A stretch of DNA of 64,000 nt from Octopus sinensis (lineage: Eukaryota). The translations under genes and the position numbers were made by a program. This document shows positions 12,147-25,510 of the stretch, one piece after another. Below the pieces are notes generated by a model. That model was not told the DNA's origin, did not search any database, and worked only from the letters and a program-made list of their open reading frames with translations. How positions within the stretch are numbered: position 1 is the stretch's first letter; each line of letters starts with the position of its first letter. The stretch covers positions 57,164,001 through 57,228,000 of the forward strand of contig NC_043004.1 of NCBI RefSeq assembly GCF_006345805.1. Direction: 5' to 3'.

Positions 12147-12316
12147 ATTTCAACATTGAGGGCAAAATTAATTAATTATTAATCAATTTCACCAGTGTTC
12201 AGTATGCAAAGGGACCATTCAAGGCGAATTCAATTATTACATTATATAAAAGGGCTTAGTAAAATAAATTATGCGGCAGGGTAATTTATTTACTAAGCCC
12301 TTTATATAATGTATAT

Positions 12317-12371
<55 letters not shown>

Positions 12372-13641
12372 CTATATATATATATATAGGTATATATATT
12401 ATATGTATAATATATAGTTATATATATATGTAATATATTTGTGTGGGTGTGATATATATATATATAGGTATATATATATTTGTTTGTGTATATAGATATA
12501 TATGTATGTATATATATGTATATATGTATATAATATAATGTATGTATATATATATGTATATATGTATATATATAGATCTGTATATATGTATATATATATA
12601 TATGTATACATATATGTATGTATATATATGTATATATGTATGTATATATATATGTATATATATATATATGTATATATATAATGTATGTATATATATATAT
12701 GTATGTATGTATATATATATATGTATAGATGTATATATATTATGTATATATATATGTATGCATAATATATGTAGGATGTATATATATGTATGTATATAGT
12801 GTATATATAATGTAGTATGTATGTATATAATATTATAGATATATAGATATATATATATATGTAGATATATATATTATATATTGTATATATATATGTATAA
12901 TATAGGTCTATATAGTATATGTGATATATATTATATATATATAGATAGTGTATATATATATATTATAGTATATATATATATATATGTATAATATATATAT
13001 ATATGTATATATATAGATATATATATGTATATATATATATGTAATATAGTATGTATATATATATATATGTAGATATATATATGTATATAGTATATTATGT
13101 ATATATATATATGGTATATATATATATGTATATATTATATGTATATATATCTATAATATATGGGTAGTTATATATATAGAGATGTATAGATATATATATA
13201 TATGTATCTATATATTGTATATATCTATATATATATATTATATATGTGTATATATAATTATATGTGTATATATAGATAATATATATGTATATATATAGAT
13301 ATTATATATATATATGTGTATATATATATATATATATGTGTAATATAGTATATATATAGTGTATATATATATATATAATATATGTGTATATATAATATGT
13401 ATGATATATGGTATATATATATATATATATATGTGTATATATATATATACTATATGCGATATATATATATAGATATATATATATATGGGTATATATAATA
13501 TATATATGGTATATATATATATATATAGTGAGATATATATATAGAGGTGTATATATTTATTATATATATATATAGATATATATAATATATATATAGATTT
13601 ATAGTATATATATATATATATGTATATTATGATATATATAT

Positions 13642-13690
<49 letters not shown>

Positions 13691-14102
13691 TATATATGTT
13701 ATATATATATATATATATATATATGTATAATATATATATATGTATATATATATGTATATATATTATATCTATATATATGTATATATATATATATGTATAT
13801 ATATATATGTGTATATATATATATGTATATATATATATGTATATATATATATATGTATATATATATATGTATATATATATATATGTATTATATAATATAT
13901 ATATATATGTTATATATATATGTATATATATATATATGTATATATATATGTATATATATATGTATTATATATATGTATATATATATGTATATATATGTAT
14001 ATATGTATATATATATGTATATATATATGTATATATATATATGTATATATGATATATATATGTATATATGTATATATTATATATATATAATATATGTATA
14101 TG

Positions 14103-14136
<34 letters not shown>

Positions 14137-15590
14137 TATGTATATATGTTATATATATATGTATATATGTATATATATATATGTATATATATATCTATAT
14201 GTATATATGTATATATATATGTATATATATATGTATATATATATATGTATATATATATGTATATATATAGTGTATATATATATATGTATATATATATGTA
14301 TATGTATATATTATGTATATAATATATGTATATATATATGTATTATATATATGTATATATGTATATATATTATGTAAATATTTATATGTATATATATGTA
14401 TATATATATATGTAAATATTTATATGTATATATATGTATATATATATATGTATATATATATGTGTATATATATGTATATATATATGTATATATATATATA
14501 TGTATATATGTATATATATATATGTAAATATTTATATGTATATATATATGTATATATATATATAGTTATATATGTATATATATATATGTATATATATATG
14601 TATATATAGAGTATATATATATATATGTATATATGTATATATATATAGTATATATATATGTATATATATATATGTATATATATATGTATATATAGATATA
14701 TATTGTATATTTATATATATATATATGTATATATGTATATATATATATGTATATATATATGGTATATAGATATATGTATATATTATATATATGTATATGG
14801 TATATAGTATATATATGTATATATGTATATATATATATGTATATATGTATATATATATATGTATATATATATTATATATATATATGTATATATATATGTA
14901 TATATATATATATGTTATATATAATGTATATATATATATATGTATATGTATAATATATGTATATATGTATATATATATATGTATATATATATGTATATAT
15001 GTATATATATATATGTATATATATGTATATATATATGTATATATATATATGTATATATGTATATATATATAGTATATATATATGTATATATATATATATG
15101 TATATGTATATGTATATATATGAATATGTATTATATATATGTATATATATATGTATATATATGTATATATATATGTATATATATATATATGTATATATAT
15201 ATGTATATATATATATATATGTATGTATATATATGTATATAGTCTATATATATTATATATATTATGTATATATATCTAATATAGTATATATAGGATATGT
15301 ATATATATATGTATATATGTATATTATATATATATATATATGTATAGTATATATATATATGTAAATATATGTATATATATATATGTATATGTATTATGTA
15401 TATATAGTAGTATATATATATGTATTATATGTATATATATATATGGATATATATATGTGTATGTAATATTTGTATATATATATGTATATATATATATGTT
15501 ATATTATGTATATATATATGGATATAATTATATATTGTTATATAGTGTGTGTATATATATATGTATATATATACGATATGCCAAAGTAAC
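11530..15590. repeat. About 4 kb (TA)n/(TATG)n microsatellite tract
   Basis: Low-complexity TA sequence with one embedded hairpin element at about 12145-12313. Confidence 0.97.
12145..12313. mobile_element. Short element: conserved head plus terminal hairpin (about 33-bp arms)
   Basis: 12238-12271 pairs with 12282-12313 (two 1-nt indels); head AGGGCAAAATTAATTAAT..CAATTTCACCA resembles the heads at 34233 and 52560. Confidence 0.65.
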
Positions 15591-15767
15591 CGTGTTTCAA
15601 TCAAATTGCGTTATATATTTAAAAATTCTCATTAAGTCCTGTAGCAATGCTTAGGTTTACACTGTTTAGAAGATATATTTCATTATTCCAGCAATATGAT
15701 GATTCATGTTATATTCGTTTGCTTATAGTACACTCTCTATGCCATATTATGAAGTTGTACTTACTGG

Positions 15768-15801
<34 letters not shown>

Positions 15802-15868
15802 ATGTTCATGTTAAAATGTATACAGCTTTGTCATTCTGATGTATGCTCATATAAGTTAACTGTTTTCT

Positions 15869-15955
15869 ATTAGGTTTAAGTGAAAGAACATTTTATGATT
15901 AGGTTTACAGGAAAGAACATTTTATTATTAGGTTCACAGGAAAGAATATTGTACT
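15869..15955. repeat. Three copies of a 29-30 bp minisatellite
   Basis: ATTAGGTTTACAGGAAAGAACATTTT-like unit repeated three times. Confidence 0.75.
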
Positions 15956-16714
15956 ATTGACGAAAGAATAGTTATGAGAAGATATCTATTTAAATTATAT
16001 AATTTTAAGTTTTAAGTTATTATGTACTTTAGTTTGTGTTATATATTTTCGCAGTCTGAAATATTGATACTTATGTATCGAAGACCCGTCGATAATATTT
16101 CACTAAAAATAATTTTATGCCTGCAACTCAATTATCACTAGTCTCGTTTCATTTGGATCTAAGTTGATGCAATATATTTTTTAAAAGAAAGACAACATTG
16201 AAGTTACATACGTCTCCTGATTTTAAGTTTTTGACAGACAAATTTTGAAATCAGAAACATTAACGCTATAAATTATAATTTTTAGCTTATGTAATTCCCA
16301 TATATTAATTGTTATTGTTGTTTAGCATGGTAAATATATTTAGCCAATAATTCAAACTTTTGGAAAAAGTGGAATGTGATATTGTCTTGAAATGGTGGTG
16401 GTGAACTACGTTAAAATATAAATATGAGAATTTGTTGCAGCTGGATGTGCAATTTACTTAACTATAATTTTCTTGCATTGTATGATAAATTCACATTCAT
16501 CAATTCGTTAAATAAAACACAAAGGACATATACAGCTATTTTTCGAAATTCTATGTGATTGTTTCTATGAATGTATAGAATGTTAACCATTTAAAATAAA
16601 TCCATGTGAAATTTTTGCCATATAAGAAAATTTCTAAATCATAAATTTCATAACGCTCTGTCTTACTGCATGTTTTTTTCCATCGTTTTCTTTTTCCTGT
16701 TAATATTAGTGGGC

Positions 16715-16900
16715 TCGAAGGTTGCTAGCTGGCAGAATCATTAGCACGCTGGGCAAATTGCTTCGCAGTATTTACGTTGTGAGTTCAAATATAACCGAGG
16801 TTAAATTTTCATGTTATCCTTGTGGGGTTGATAAAATAACTATCAGTTGATTACTTCATCGCCCGTATGTTGCTGGCCATGTGCCAAAGCTTAAAACCAG
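16715..16900 (+). mobile_element. tRNA-derived SINE family 2 (Nin/Deu-like core), degenerate
   Basis: GCTGGCAGAATCATTAGCACG..GAGTTCAAAT..CCGAGGT; homologous to 27955 and 49921. Confidence 0.75.
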
Positions 16901-17854
16901 TATTAATGGTTTTGTATTTTGATAGATGTTTCTTAGAATATGTTAGAAATAATGCATCAGTAACTATGCATTATTATAAGAACACCATTTAACAAGAGTT
17001 ATACAAATTATAAAGTCTCTACATTGAAATGCATAATGCATTCACCATGAATCTCTTGCATCGGCAATGTCAGAGGTTTGCATATTTCGAATAATATTGA
17101 GTGATTAGAAACATGCATAACATATTTTGTATGTATGGTTGCGATTTTAGTTACTTAGATTATTAACCGCTTACACACATACCAGTTTTTGCTTAATAAA
17201 TATATTTACAATACATTTTAAATTCCTTTCGCCTCCTATTGTCATCGAAGTTTTCTTATATCCAAGTGATTATATTCTACCAGACTTAATTCGATAGAAG
17301 ACAGGCACATTTTCATAGCGTCAATAGACAATTAACCTACAAAATTATTACACGCGGCATTAGTAAGGCCTATTGTTATTATGAAGTATGGATCTATGCA
17401 TATGTCAAGAAATTTCGAAGAGAATATGAATCGGAATTCGGAGTGAATGTCAGCAGAGTTTCAAATATTGAAAGTAATTTCTATTTCAAATATTTTAACA
17501 AAATATATTGTTATAATCTTGTCAACATACGTTTATTTAGTTTACTGCATACAATGCATACTCATGATATTTGATGTTAAGTCTATAAAAGGTGCAAGGA
17601 AAGAAGTGAAATTATAGCATGAAATTTTGAATAGCCTGAATTTTATACACACACACATACACGAACGTATTTACAGACACCCACACATATAAATATACAT
17701 ACATACACATATATATTTATGAATATATATATATATATATGTATACATGGATGTGTACACATAAATATGCGTGTGTATATGTATATACATATAGATATAC
17801 ACACATACACACACACAAATATATATAAATGTGTAAATTTTCATACGTATTATA

Positions 17855-17905
<51 letters not shown>

Positions 17906-18524
17906 GTATAGGTTTCTATAATATTAATGGTTTAAATATATTTTTAAGTTTATATCTGTATGTATGTATGTATATATTTATTTATCAATCAATCTATCTT
18001 TATCTACCTATCTATCTGCATGCATGGAGATAGTGAGTGAGTGAGGGAGAGTAACAGAAAGAGAGAAAAGTAAATTTAGCATGCTTTTGTATTCAAACTT
18101 AAAATGGTGCCTTGTGTTTGAATATACACATTGTTGAGATATGTCTGTTATTATTATTACATGTTTCCTTTGAGCAGAGACCAAATTAATTTTTGTCAAT
18201 TATTTGTAATATAACTTTTGGAATGTATATTCTCAAGTTACCATTCATATTCAAAATTCTATTGCATATGATGTTATTTTTCAATTTTACCTATTTCTTC
18301 TTAAAGAAATCCGTTCTGTTAATTTCGTAACAGTTAAGAATGCAAACTGTGATATTGTAGTTTGGAGCATACTGGATTTCAATTTAATGTAGTTCTCTTT
18401 TTGACATATTCGATGTAATAAAATGTTGCTCGTTGTGCTTATGTAACTATCAAAACATCAAAACATCTGTTTGCCTGATAGTCTGTATGACTGTTGCGAA
18501 CCTTATTACAATACGTTTATATCT

Positions 18525-18936
18525 CTCTCTTTACTCTCTTTTGCTCTTTTACTTGTTTCAGTCATTTCACTGCGGCTAGGCTGGAGCACCACCTTTAATC
18601 GAGCAACTTGACCCCAGGACTTATTCTTTGTAAGCCCAGTACTCATTCTATCGGTCTCTTTTGCCGAACCGCTAGGTGACGGGGACGTAAACAAACCAGC
18701 ATCGGTTGTCAAGCAATGCTAGGGGGACAGACACACAAACACACACACACACATATATATACATATATACGACAGGCTTCTTTCAGTTTCCGTCTACCAA
18801 ATCCACTCACAAGGCATTGGTCGGCCCAGGGCTATAGCAGAAGACACTTGCCCAAGATGCCACGCAGTGGGACTGAACCCAGAACCATGTGGTTGGTTAG
18901 CAAGCTACTTACCACACAGTCACTCCTGCGCCTATG
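18525..18936 (-). mobile_element. tRNA-derived SINE family 1, full length
   Basis: Head GGCGCAGGAGTGACTGTGTGGTAAG..GGTTCAGTCCC (A/B boxes), CTTGGGCAAGTG core, internal CA/TA tract, tail ..GACTGAAACAAGTAAAAGAG. Confidence 0.92.
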
Positions 18937-19150
18937 TATATATATAGGATAACTCAAGATATACAGAGTTTTATATAAAAACTCCTACAAGCTTTTTCCA
19001 ACTGATATAAGTTACAGATGCATATAGATACTACACAATGGCTCTCCAGGAAACACTCTAATCTATCTAGTTATATAATTTTCCGATACAATAATATGTT
19101 CCCTAATGACCAGGGCATCTAGATGCCTTTAGGACTTCTATGCATGTAGG

Positions 19151-19192
<42 letters not shown>

Positions 19193-21284
19193 AGTGAGAG
19201 AGCGAGTGTGAGAGAGAGACATGCACACACACACACACACACACACATTCACTCACCCACACACATATATATGATATATATTATTCACAAGTATGCAGAG
19301 AGTGCGATGATGAAACGGAAAGAAATTATTTTCCCTTCAACAATAAATTGCAATGTATTAGTTAAATAGTTTCTGACGATGTCCCTGATATAAAACTTAT
19401 ATAATGTATTTATCGAAGTGATTAGCTATAATAGTTTCCTCATGACTCTATTAACAATGTATACCGAAATAATTTAGTAGAAAGTTCTGCAGCATCCGTT
19501 TTGTTGTAGAGTAAGAAAATAAGAGTATTTTAAAAACATTAAACTTAATTCTCATGCTTTGGGTAGTAGTATATTTCGAAATTCCAGCCGCCAAGTTCAA
19601 TGTTTGAAGCGCAAATGTTTCCAGAGTTAAACAATTGCATATATCGTATGTGAGAAATAAATCTCACATACGATACATGCGTCTATTTTATTTTGTATAC
19701 TTTTCGTATTCTTTTTAGAATTTTGTTTAAATTTTAGAACAGAATTATTATTGTTATTTGTTACCATATTTTTATATCGAAATATAGATTTTGTTATTAT
19801 GTCGCCGCTTAAAGTGTATTCTAATGTAGATATAGTAATAAAAATATAAACTGTTTTCATATAGGTCTCAATGTAAAAATTCTACAAATTGTTTTTTTTT
19901 TACTGTAAATGTTAAGTGGAATGTGATATTGTTATAGAGTACTTGGCCAATGGTTTACAATAACTCCTCTCCGTCTGTCCATGGGCGTAGGCAGTGTTTT
20001 TGGCTGAATCTGTTCTCTGTAGTTTAAATTGATCCGCCATTATCCATCTAATAAATTTTAGATTTCAATGGTGTGATGGTTCCTTCAGTGTAATTAAGAG
20101 GAACGTTTCTTTGTTTCGAAGCTACAATATAAATGATATTTATCTAAGCGAAGACAAAAATATTTTTACACAGGAAACAAAAATCTATTTTATTATTTGG
20201 GGTACTATTATTACCAATCTCTTTTGATTTGTTCCTAAACTGAAATTATCAAATTACACTCATGAGGCAGATATAAACTTCTATATTCACATGGTTCGTA
20301 GTATGAGATATATTTTCTGAAGCCAAAATATTTCTAGATATATACTTATACATATTCAGCTAATGTATCTCCTTTACATTCAATAATTGTTGTTCATACT
20401 AGTGAGCAGATATAAACATTAATGTATAAATTCACAAGCAGTAGGATATGTCATTGTCTTAAAATAATGGGAGATATTGATATCAAACTATAAATATGAA
20501 TTATAGCTGGACGTACGAATGTTTTTTGTATATCTTATGCAGTAATTTACTGTAATATAATATGTTGCATGTAATTTATGAGTGTTCGTAAATTTATTAA
20601 ATAAAATAACAGAGAAAATACAGCTATTCTTTATAATTCCTTGTTTTAGTGTATATGCGTTTATTTATTCCATGGCATTTAAAAATATTCAGTAAATCAC
20701 AAAGAAGACAGAATTTATACTAGAAGAAATTAATAATATATCTACGTATAATGTTATTTTTAATATAATACGTTGACAATAATTATGATCACATAAATAC
20801 TGTATAGGTTGTAACTACCGATTTCATAAGGTATAAGCAGTAAGGATACGGTCTGCATGAAGAAAAGATAAACCACCTCTAGGACAACAACACCTTGGGT
20901 ATCACTTGCGCTGCCGCTGCTTTGCTCCCAATTGATATTGCTTGTTAAGCGCAAAACGGCTACTTTTGACCCACCTAAACGATAATCTAATGATACTTGA
21001 CAACCTAATGCGACCATATATATTAACATGCAATGAAGAGTTCTAAGGTATTCATAAAAAAGACAGGGTCAGTACAATATCATGCAGGTGTCATGCGCCG
21101 TTTGTAAAATATACTAAAACAAAGCAAATACTGTGATTATTGAGTGTTACCATAAGCTGGTTTTATCTGTTATTCACAATGATTCTGTAGTACTAGTTCA
21201 CTCTAAACGTTGATGATTTAGTCGCCGACGACATAATCCGAAATGGTGTAGCTAAATGATCATATCCTTAATGTATAGACAATG

Positions 21285-21374
21285 TAGCACATTGAACAAG
21301 TGTCTTCTACTATAGCCTCGGGCCGACCAAAGCTTTGTGAGTGGATTTCGTAGACGGACACTGAAAGAAACCCG

Positions 21375-21415
<41 letters not shown>

Positions 21416-21550
21416 GGGGGAGGGTATAATTGTGTCTGTGTTTCTCCCCCCAACATCGTTTGACAACCGATGCTGGTGTGTACTAGACTTACAAAGAATA
21501 AGTCCTGGGGTCGCAGTCAAAAGGACTGGGAGAAGTAAAAGAGAGTAAAA
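21285..21550 (+). mobile_element. SINE family 1, partial with internal deletion
   Basis: CAAGTGTCTTCTACTATAGCCTCGGGCCGACC..AAGAATAAGTCCTGGGGTCG. Confidence 0.85.
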
Positions 21551-21699
21551 GTGTATACATGCACACACACACGCGCGCGCGCACGCACACATATATATAC
21601 ACATGTATATAAATGCACACATATATACATTCACACAGAGAGAAACACACACAGATATACATTATATGGATATGTATATGTGTGTATGTATGCATCCTT

Positions 21700-21900
21700 A
21701 GCCATGGGTGTGTCTTAAAAAGGCTGCTTGCTAACCACATGGTCTCAAGTTCAGTCCCACTGTGTAGCACATTGGGATGGTGTATTGTAGTATAGGTTTC
21801 GGCCGGCTGGATTTGATAGACGGAAAGGGAAAAAAAACTCTGTGGTTTGCATAATTTCGTGCGCGCGCATGTGTGTTTGTGCGTGAGTGTGTGTGTGTTT
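21700..21900 (+). mobile_element. SINE family 1, degenerate 5' half
   Basis: CTTGCTAACCACATGG..GTTCAGTCCCACTG..GATTTGATAGACGGAAA. Confidence 0.7.
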
Positions 21901-22571
21901 AACACATGTAAAATTTATGTAGAGACGAAGCCTATAGAGCGCTTGAATGCATTACGATCTGTTATTACGTTTGTCTCTTCTGACGGTTGTGCCTAATTTT
22001 ATCTTATAATGAGACATAAATTCACAATATATTTCATCATTTTTTTTATTCCACTCACCATTCCTTTTCCCACCACCTTCTTTTCTGGAAGCAAGTAATT
22101 AATTACCTGATTTAAAATCTGATGGCAGCAGCTACGCTATAACAGAGTGAACTGAGGAGCTGCAATAAGTGTTGTAGTCCTATGTTCAGTAATCAGCGGA
22201 CAAACTGGCTGCATCAGTAACGGAATAATATATGGCTTCTTTATACGATATACAAAACAATTTTAAGCAATGTATTTTAAATATGAGCGACATTTTATCG
22301 AATATCTTAATGATTGGTAACACGCAGGATTTCTGCGATCTGTAATGTCATTTATGCAGAAAAAAATCATCTACCAACAATTGAGTTTATTAAAAATACC
22401 TTATAGCTAATGATAGTTTGGCATGATATGTATATTGTAGTAGCAGATAAATACCTAAATGTGAAAACTGAAAACTATTTATCCATTAACATGTAATATA
22501 TTGCATCTGGATTTTATGTTAGGTGAAATTTTGTATATCAATTTATGTATACATACATACAAACATATATA

Positions 22572-22624
<53 letters not shown>

Positions 22625-22914
22625 CTCAGACCCCCTTCGGTCATGACTGACCATGGGATTGCACCTAGAAAGTTCCCCTTCGAGGCACAAGTCCGGGCAA
22701 GGTTGTTTGTAGAAGAACACTAGTCGCCCATATTTATGCATAGAAATCTCTTCAGGGCCTTAGTTAAAAAACGGACGAAATTCCATATAAAACGAATGCC
22801 AGATTGCGTAATATTGATTCAAGATGTGTTTAGAAGCGTGAACATTTGCATTTGAAATACATTTACGCCACTAGCCGAGAAGTAATATAAGAGACGCTAC
22901 TATAATATAGCCAA

Positions 22915-23443
22915 GCATGTCCATTGGACACTCTGCAACCAGTATGGATTTGACAGAGCAAAGATTTTTACGTCCACAAACCCGAAGACATCGTCGAAAA
23001 TAAAAATTCAAAGATCCTATGTGATTTTATGATTTAGTGCGACCATAAGCCAGAGAATAGGAAGACAGACATAGTCTTAAATAGGAAAGGAAACAAACTG
23101 TGATGGATCATAGATATAGCATGCCCAACTGACAACAAGGTATGCGATAAGGAAGAAAGAAAAGTCGAGAGCTATGAGAGGTTAGCTGGGGAAGTTAAGC
23201 AGTTGTGGTCGAAGAAAAAGGTAACAGTAGTACCAATAATTGTTGGAGCCCTGGGAACAATGAGCAAAAATCTTGAGGGGTACATGGAACAATAAGGGTG
23301 AAGCACTTGCAGAAAACAGCACTGCTAGGAACCACTCGTATACTCCGGAAGATGCTCGAAAAATAAGAGGTGTTACCTTAGTTCACTGGTAGTGAACAGT
23401 TGACACTGTAGTACATCTCCAGCGTTAGAAGCTGTGCAAACGC
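22915..23443 (+). mobile_element. R4/Dong-type non-LTR retrotransposon 3' fragment (RLE domain plus 3' UTR)
   Basis: Translates (with breaks) HVHWTLCNQYG..KPEDIVENKNSKIL.DF..IIDIACPTD..KVESYERL..VVPIIVGALG; ends directly on (AAT)n at 23444-23485. Confidence 0.85.
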
Positions 23444-23486
<43 letters not shown>

Positions 23487-25214
23487 TCTAAATATATAAA
23501 TAAATAAAATATCAGAGGTTTACTTACTTTTAGAGAGGATAAATCGTGTAAATCAATATTTATTCTATAAATATGACAATAGATGTTCGAAAGCACGTAT
23601 TTCTAGTATATCAACAAACTATTTATTCATATATTCTACTTTTCATATATCTATGATTATTCATTAAAAACATATAAATTATACATAATGATAATATATA
23701 ATAACACCTCTCATATATTTATTCATTTTGATATAAAGATTATTCAAAGTTACTAGCAAATAATGGCCCTTATTTAGGTGGTTTATCGAAGGTAGAACTC
23801 CGTAAATTAAAACAAAGACATGGATGTACGATAATTATAATCTGTATTAAAGTTAAAGAGATAATATACTATAAATAAGAAATATATGTCTAAATATATA
23901 TCTAAATTTCAGAAGTAACAAAATTTGAGTATTGCAATATGTATAGAAGCTCTAAAGTATACAATATTATACAAATTATTAAAATTATTGAACTTAGTTT
24001 GTTAATAGATATATTTACGATTATTCAAAAATACATAATTATATATAAGAACTGCAGTAATCTAATTATTTCATATTTACATAAAGATTATTCCTAAAAT
24101 AAATACCAAATTGCTCAGTTTATCTTGTATGTCAAAGTTTAGGTTATCCTTGTATGTCAAATTTTATATATTTATAAATAAAGTAGCTATATTTTAGACA
24201 TATGAGGGAAACATTTTTAGGTACACAATATTTTTTATTTACAGTTGATTATATCTTTATCTAAGAAATAATATAGATTATAATTATCGTACACCCATGT
24301 TTTTTATTTATTTTAATTTACTGAGTTTTCCCTAAGATAACTTTGCAATTCAGGTCTATTATTTGTTAGTTACTTTGATTAATCTTTATATCAATTACAA
24401 TAAATAAATGAGAGGAGTTATATATTGTCATTATATATAAATTATATATATTTCCTTTGCGTAATCATAAATATATGAAAAATAATATATACTACCAGTA
24501 CCTTCTTTCGAGCAACTATAGGCATATTCGTAGAATAAATATTGATTTAGAAGATTTATCCGTCTCTAAGTAAAACTCTGGTTTTATGTATATTTATATA
24601 TTATTACTATTATTATTAACAAATAAATAGAAGAGTGCCATATCATGTGAAATTTGTTGAACAATATTTCGGCATCTAGCTGACATGTAATTTTGAACCT
24701 GTGGAAGGCACGCTAGATGCCAAAATATTTAGGAATAGCTATTTCGAAAGCAGAGAAACACACATTTAAACATTTTTTTCTTCGTCGAAGCGGTTTGCTC
24801 GAAACCTCTGAATAATCACCCATTTCTTTGTGAAACTATCTAAATATACGTCGTTCTTAACAGAATATACAGTAGCCATGTTAATTTTACTTAATCCCTT
24901 GTAGGATCTATAAGTTCTGATAATGAATATATACTTATAATAGTTATATTCTTTCATTGCTTTCATACCGCTGTACATAGCTGACATTCGCACATACATT
25001 AAAACCAAAGTGATTTGAGAATTAATTTAAATAAATATAGATTTGAGAATACAATGTTATATTGCCAGGTAATTAGATGTCTGTAAGTTCAACTGCATTA
25101 CCGTGCTTTTTTACAATGAATATAAATAAAAATATGTATGAAATTATTTTGCCGTAATCTCAAAATATTTACTGTATGATTAAAAATAAGATGCAAGCAA
25201 CTTTTGAAAACATT

Positions 25215-25510
25215 CATCATCATCATCATCATCATCTTTTAACGTCCGTTTTCCGCGCTAGCACGGGTTGGACGGTTCGACCGGGGTCTGGGAAGCCAGG
25301 GGCTGCACCAGGCTCCAGTCTGATCTGGCAGAGTTTCTACAGCTGGATGCCCTTCCTAACACCAACCACTCCACGAGTGTAGTGGGTGCTTTTAACGTGC
25401 CACCGTTACGGAAGCCAGCCAAGGCGGAGCTGGCATCGGCCACGTTTGGATGGCGCTTTTTATATGCCACCGACACAGAAGCCAGTCGAGGCGGCGCTGG
25501 TAACGGCCAC
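25215..25510 (-). mobile_element. RTE-like LINE/SINE 3' end with (GAT)n tail
   Basis: Minus strand ends ..GGAAAACGGACGTTAAAAGATGATGATGATG; GC-rich body unlike the flanks. Confidence 0.65.

Noticed and set aside
2923-15654. Dozens of long ORFs rich in Y/I/M/C/V/H
   Set aside because: Translations of (TA)n/(TATG)n microsatellites that lack stop codons; no coding signal
19627-19960. Resemblance to Cys-loop/chemotactile receptor segments (NITFHLTF, M4-like end)
   Set aside because: No Cys-loop motif, frames are broken by stops, and matches are at chance level for AT-rich DNA
20760-21029. Minus-strand ORF/exon GGSKVAVLRLTSNINWEQSSGSASDTQGVVVLE
   Set aside because: GC-richer than the flanks, but the donor is weak, there is no recognisable domain and no partner exons
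24766-25008. 80-aa minus-strand ORF in unique sequence
   Set aside because: No motif recognised; length is compatible with chance
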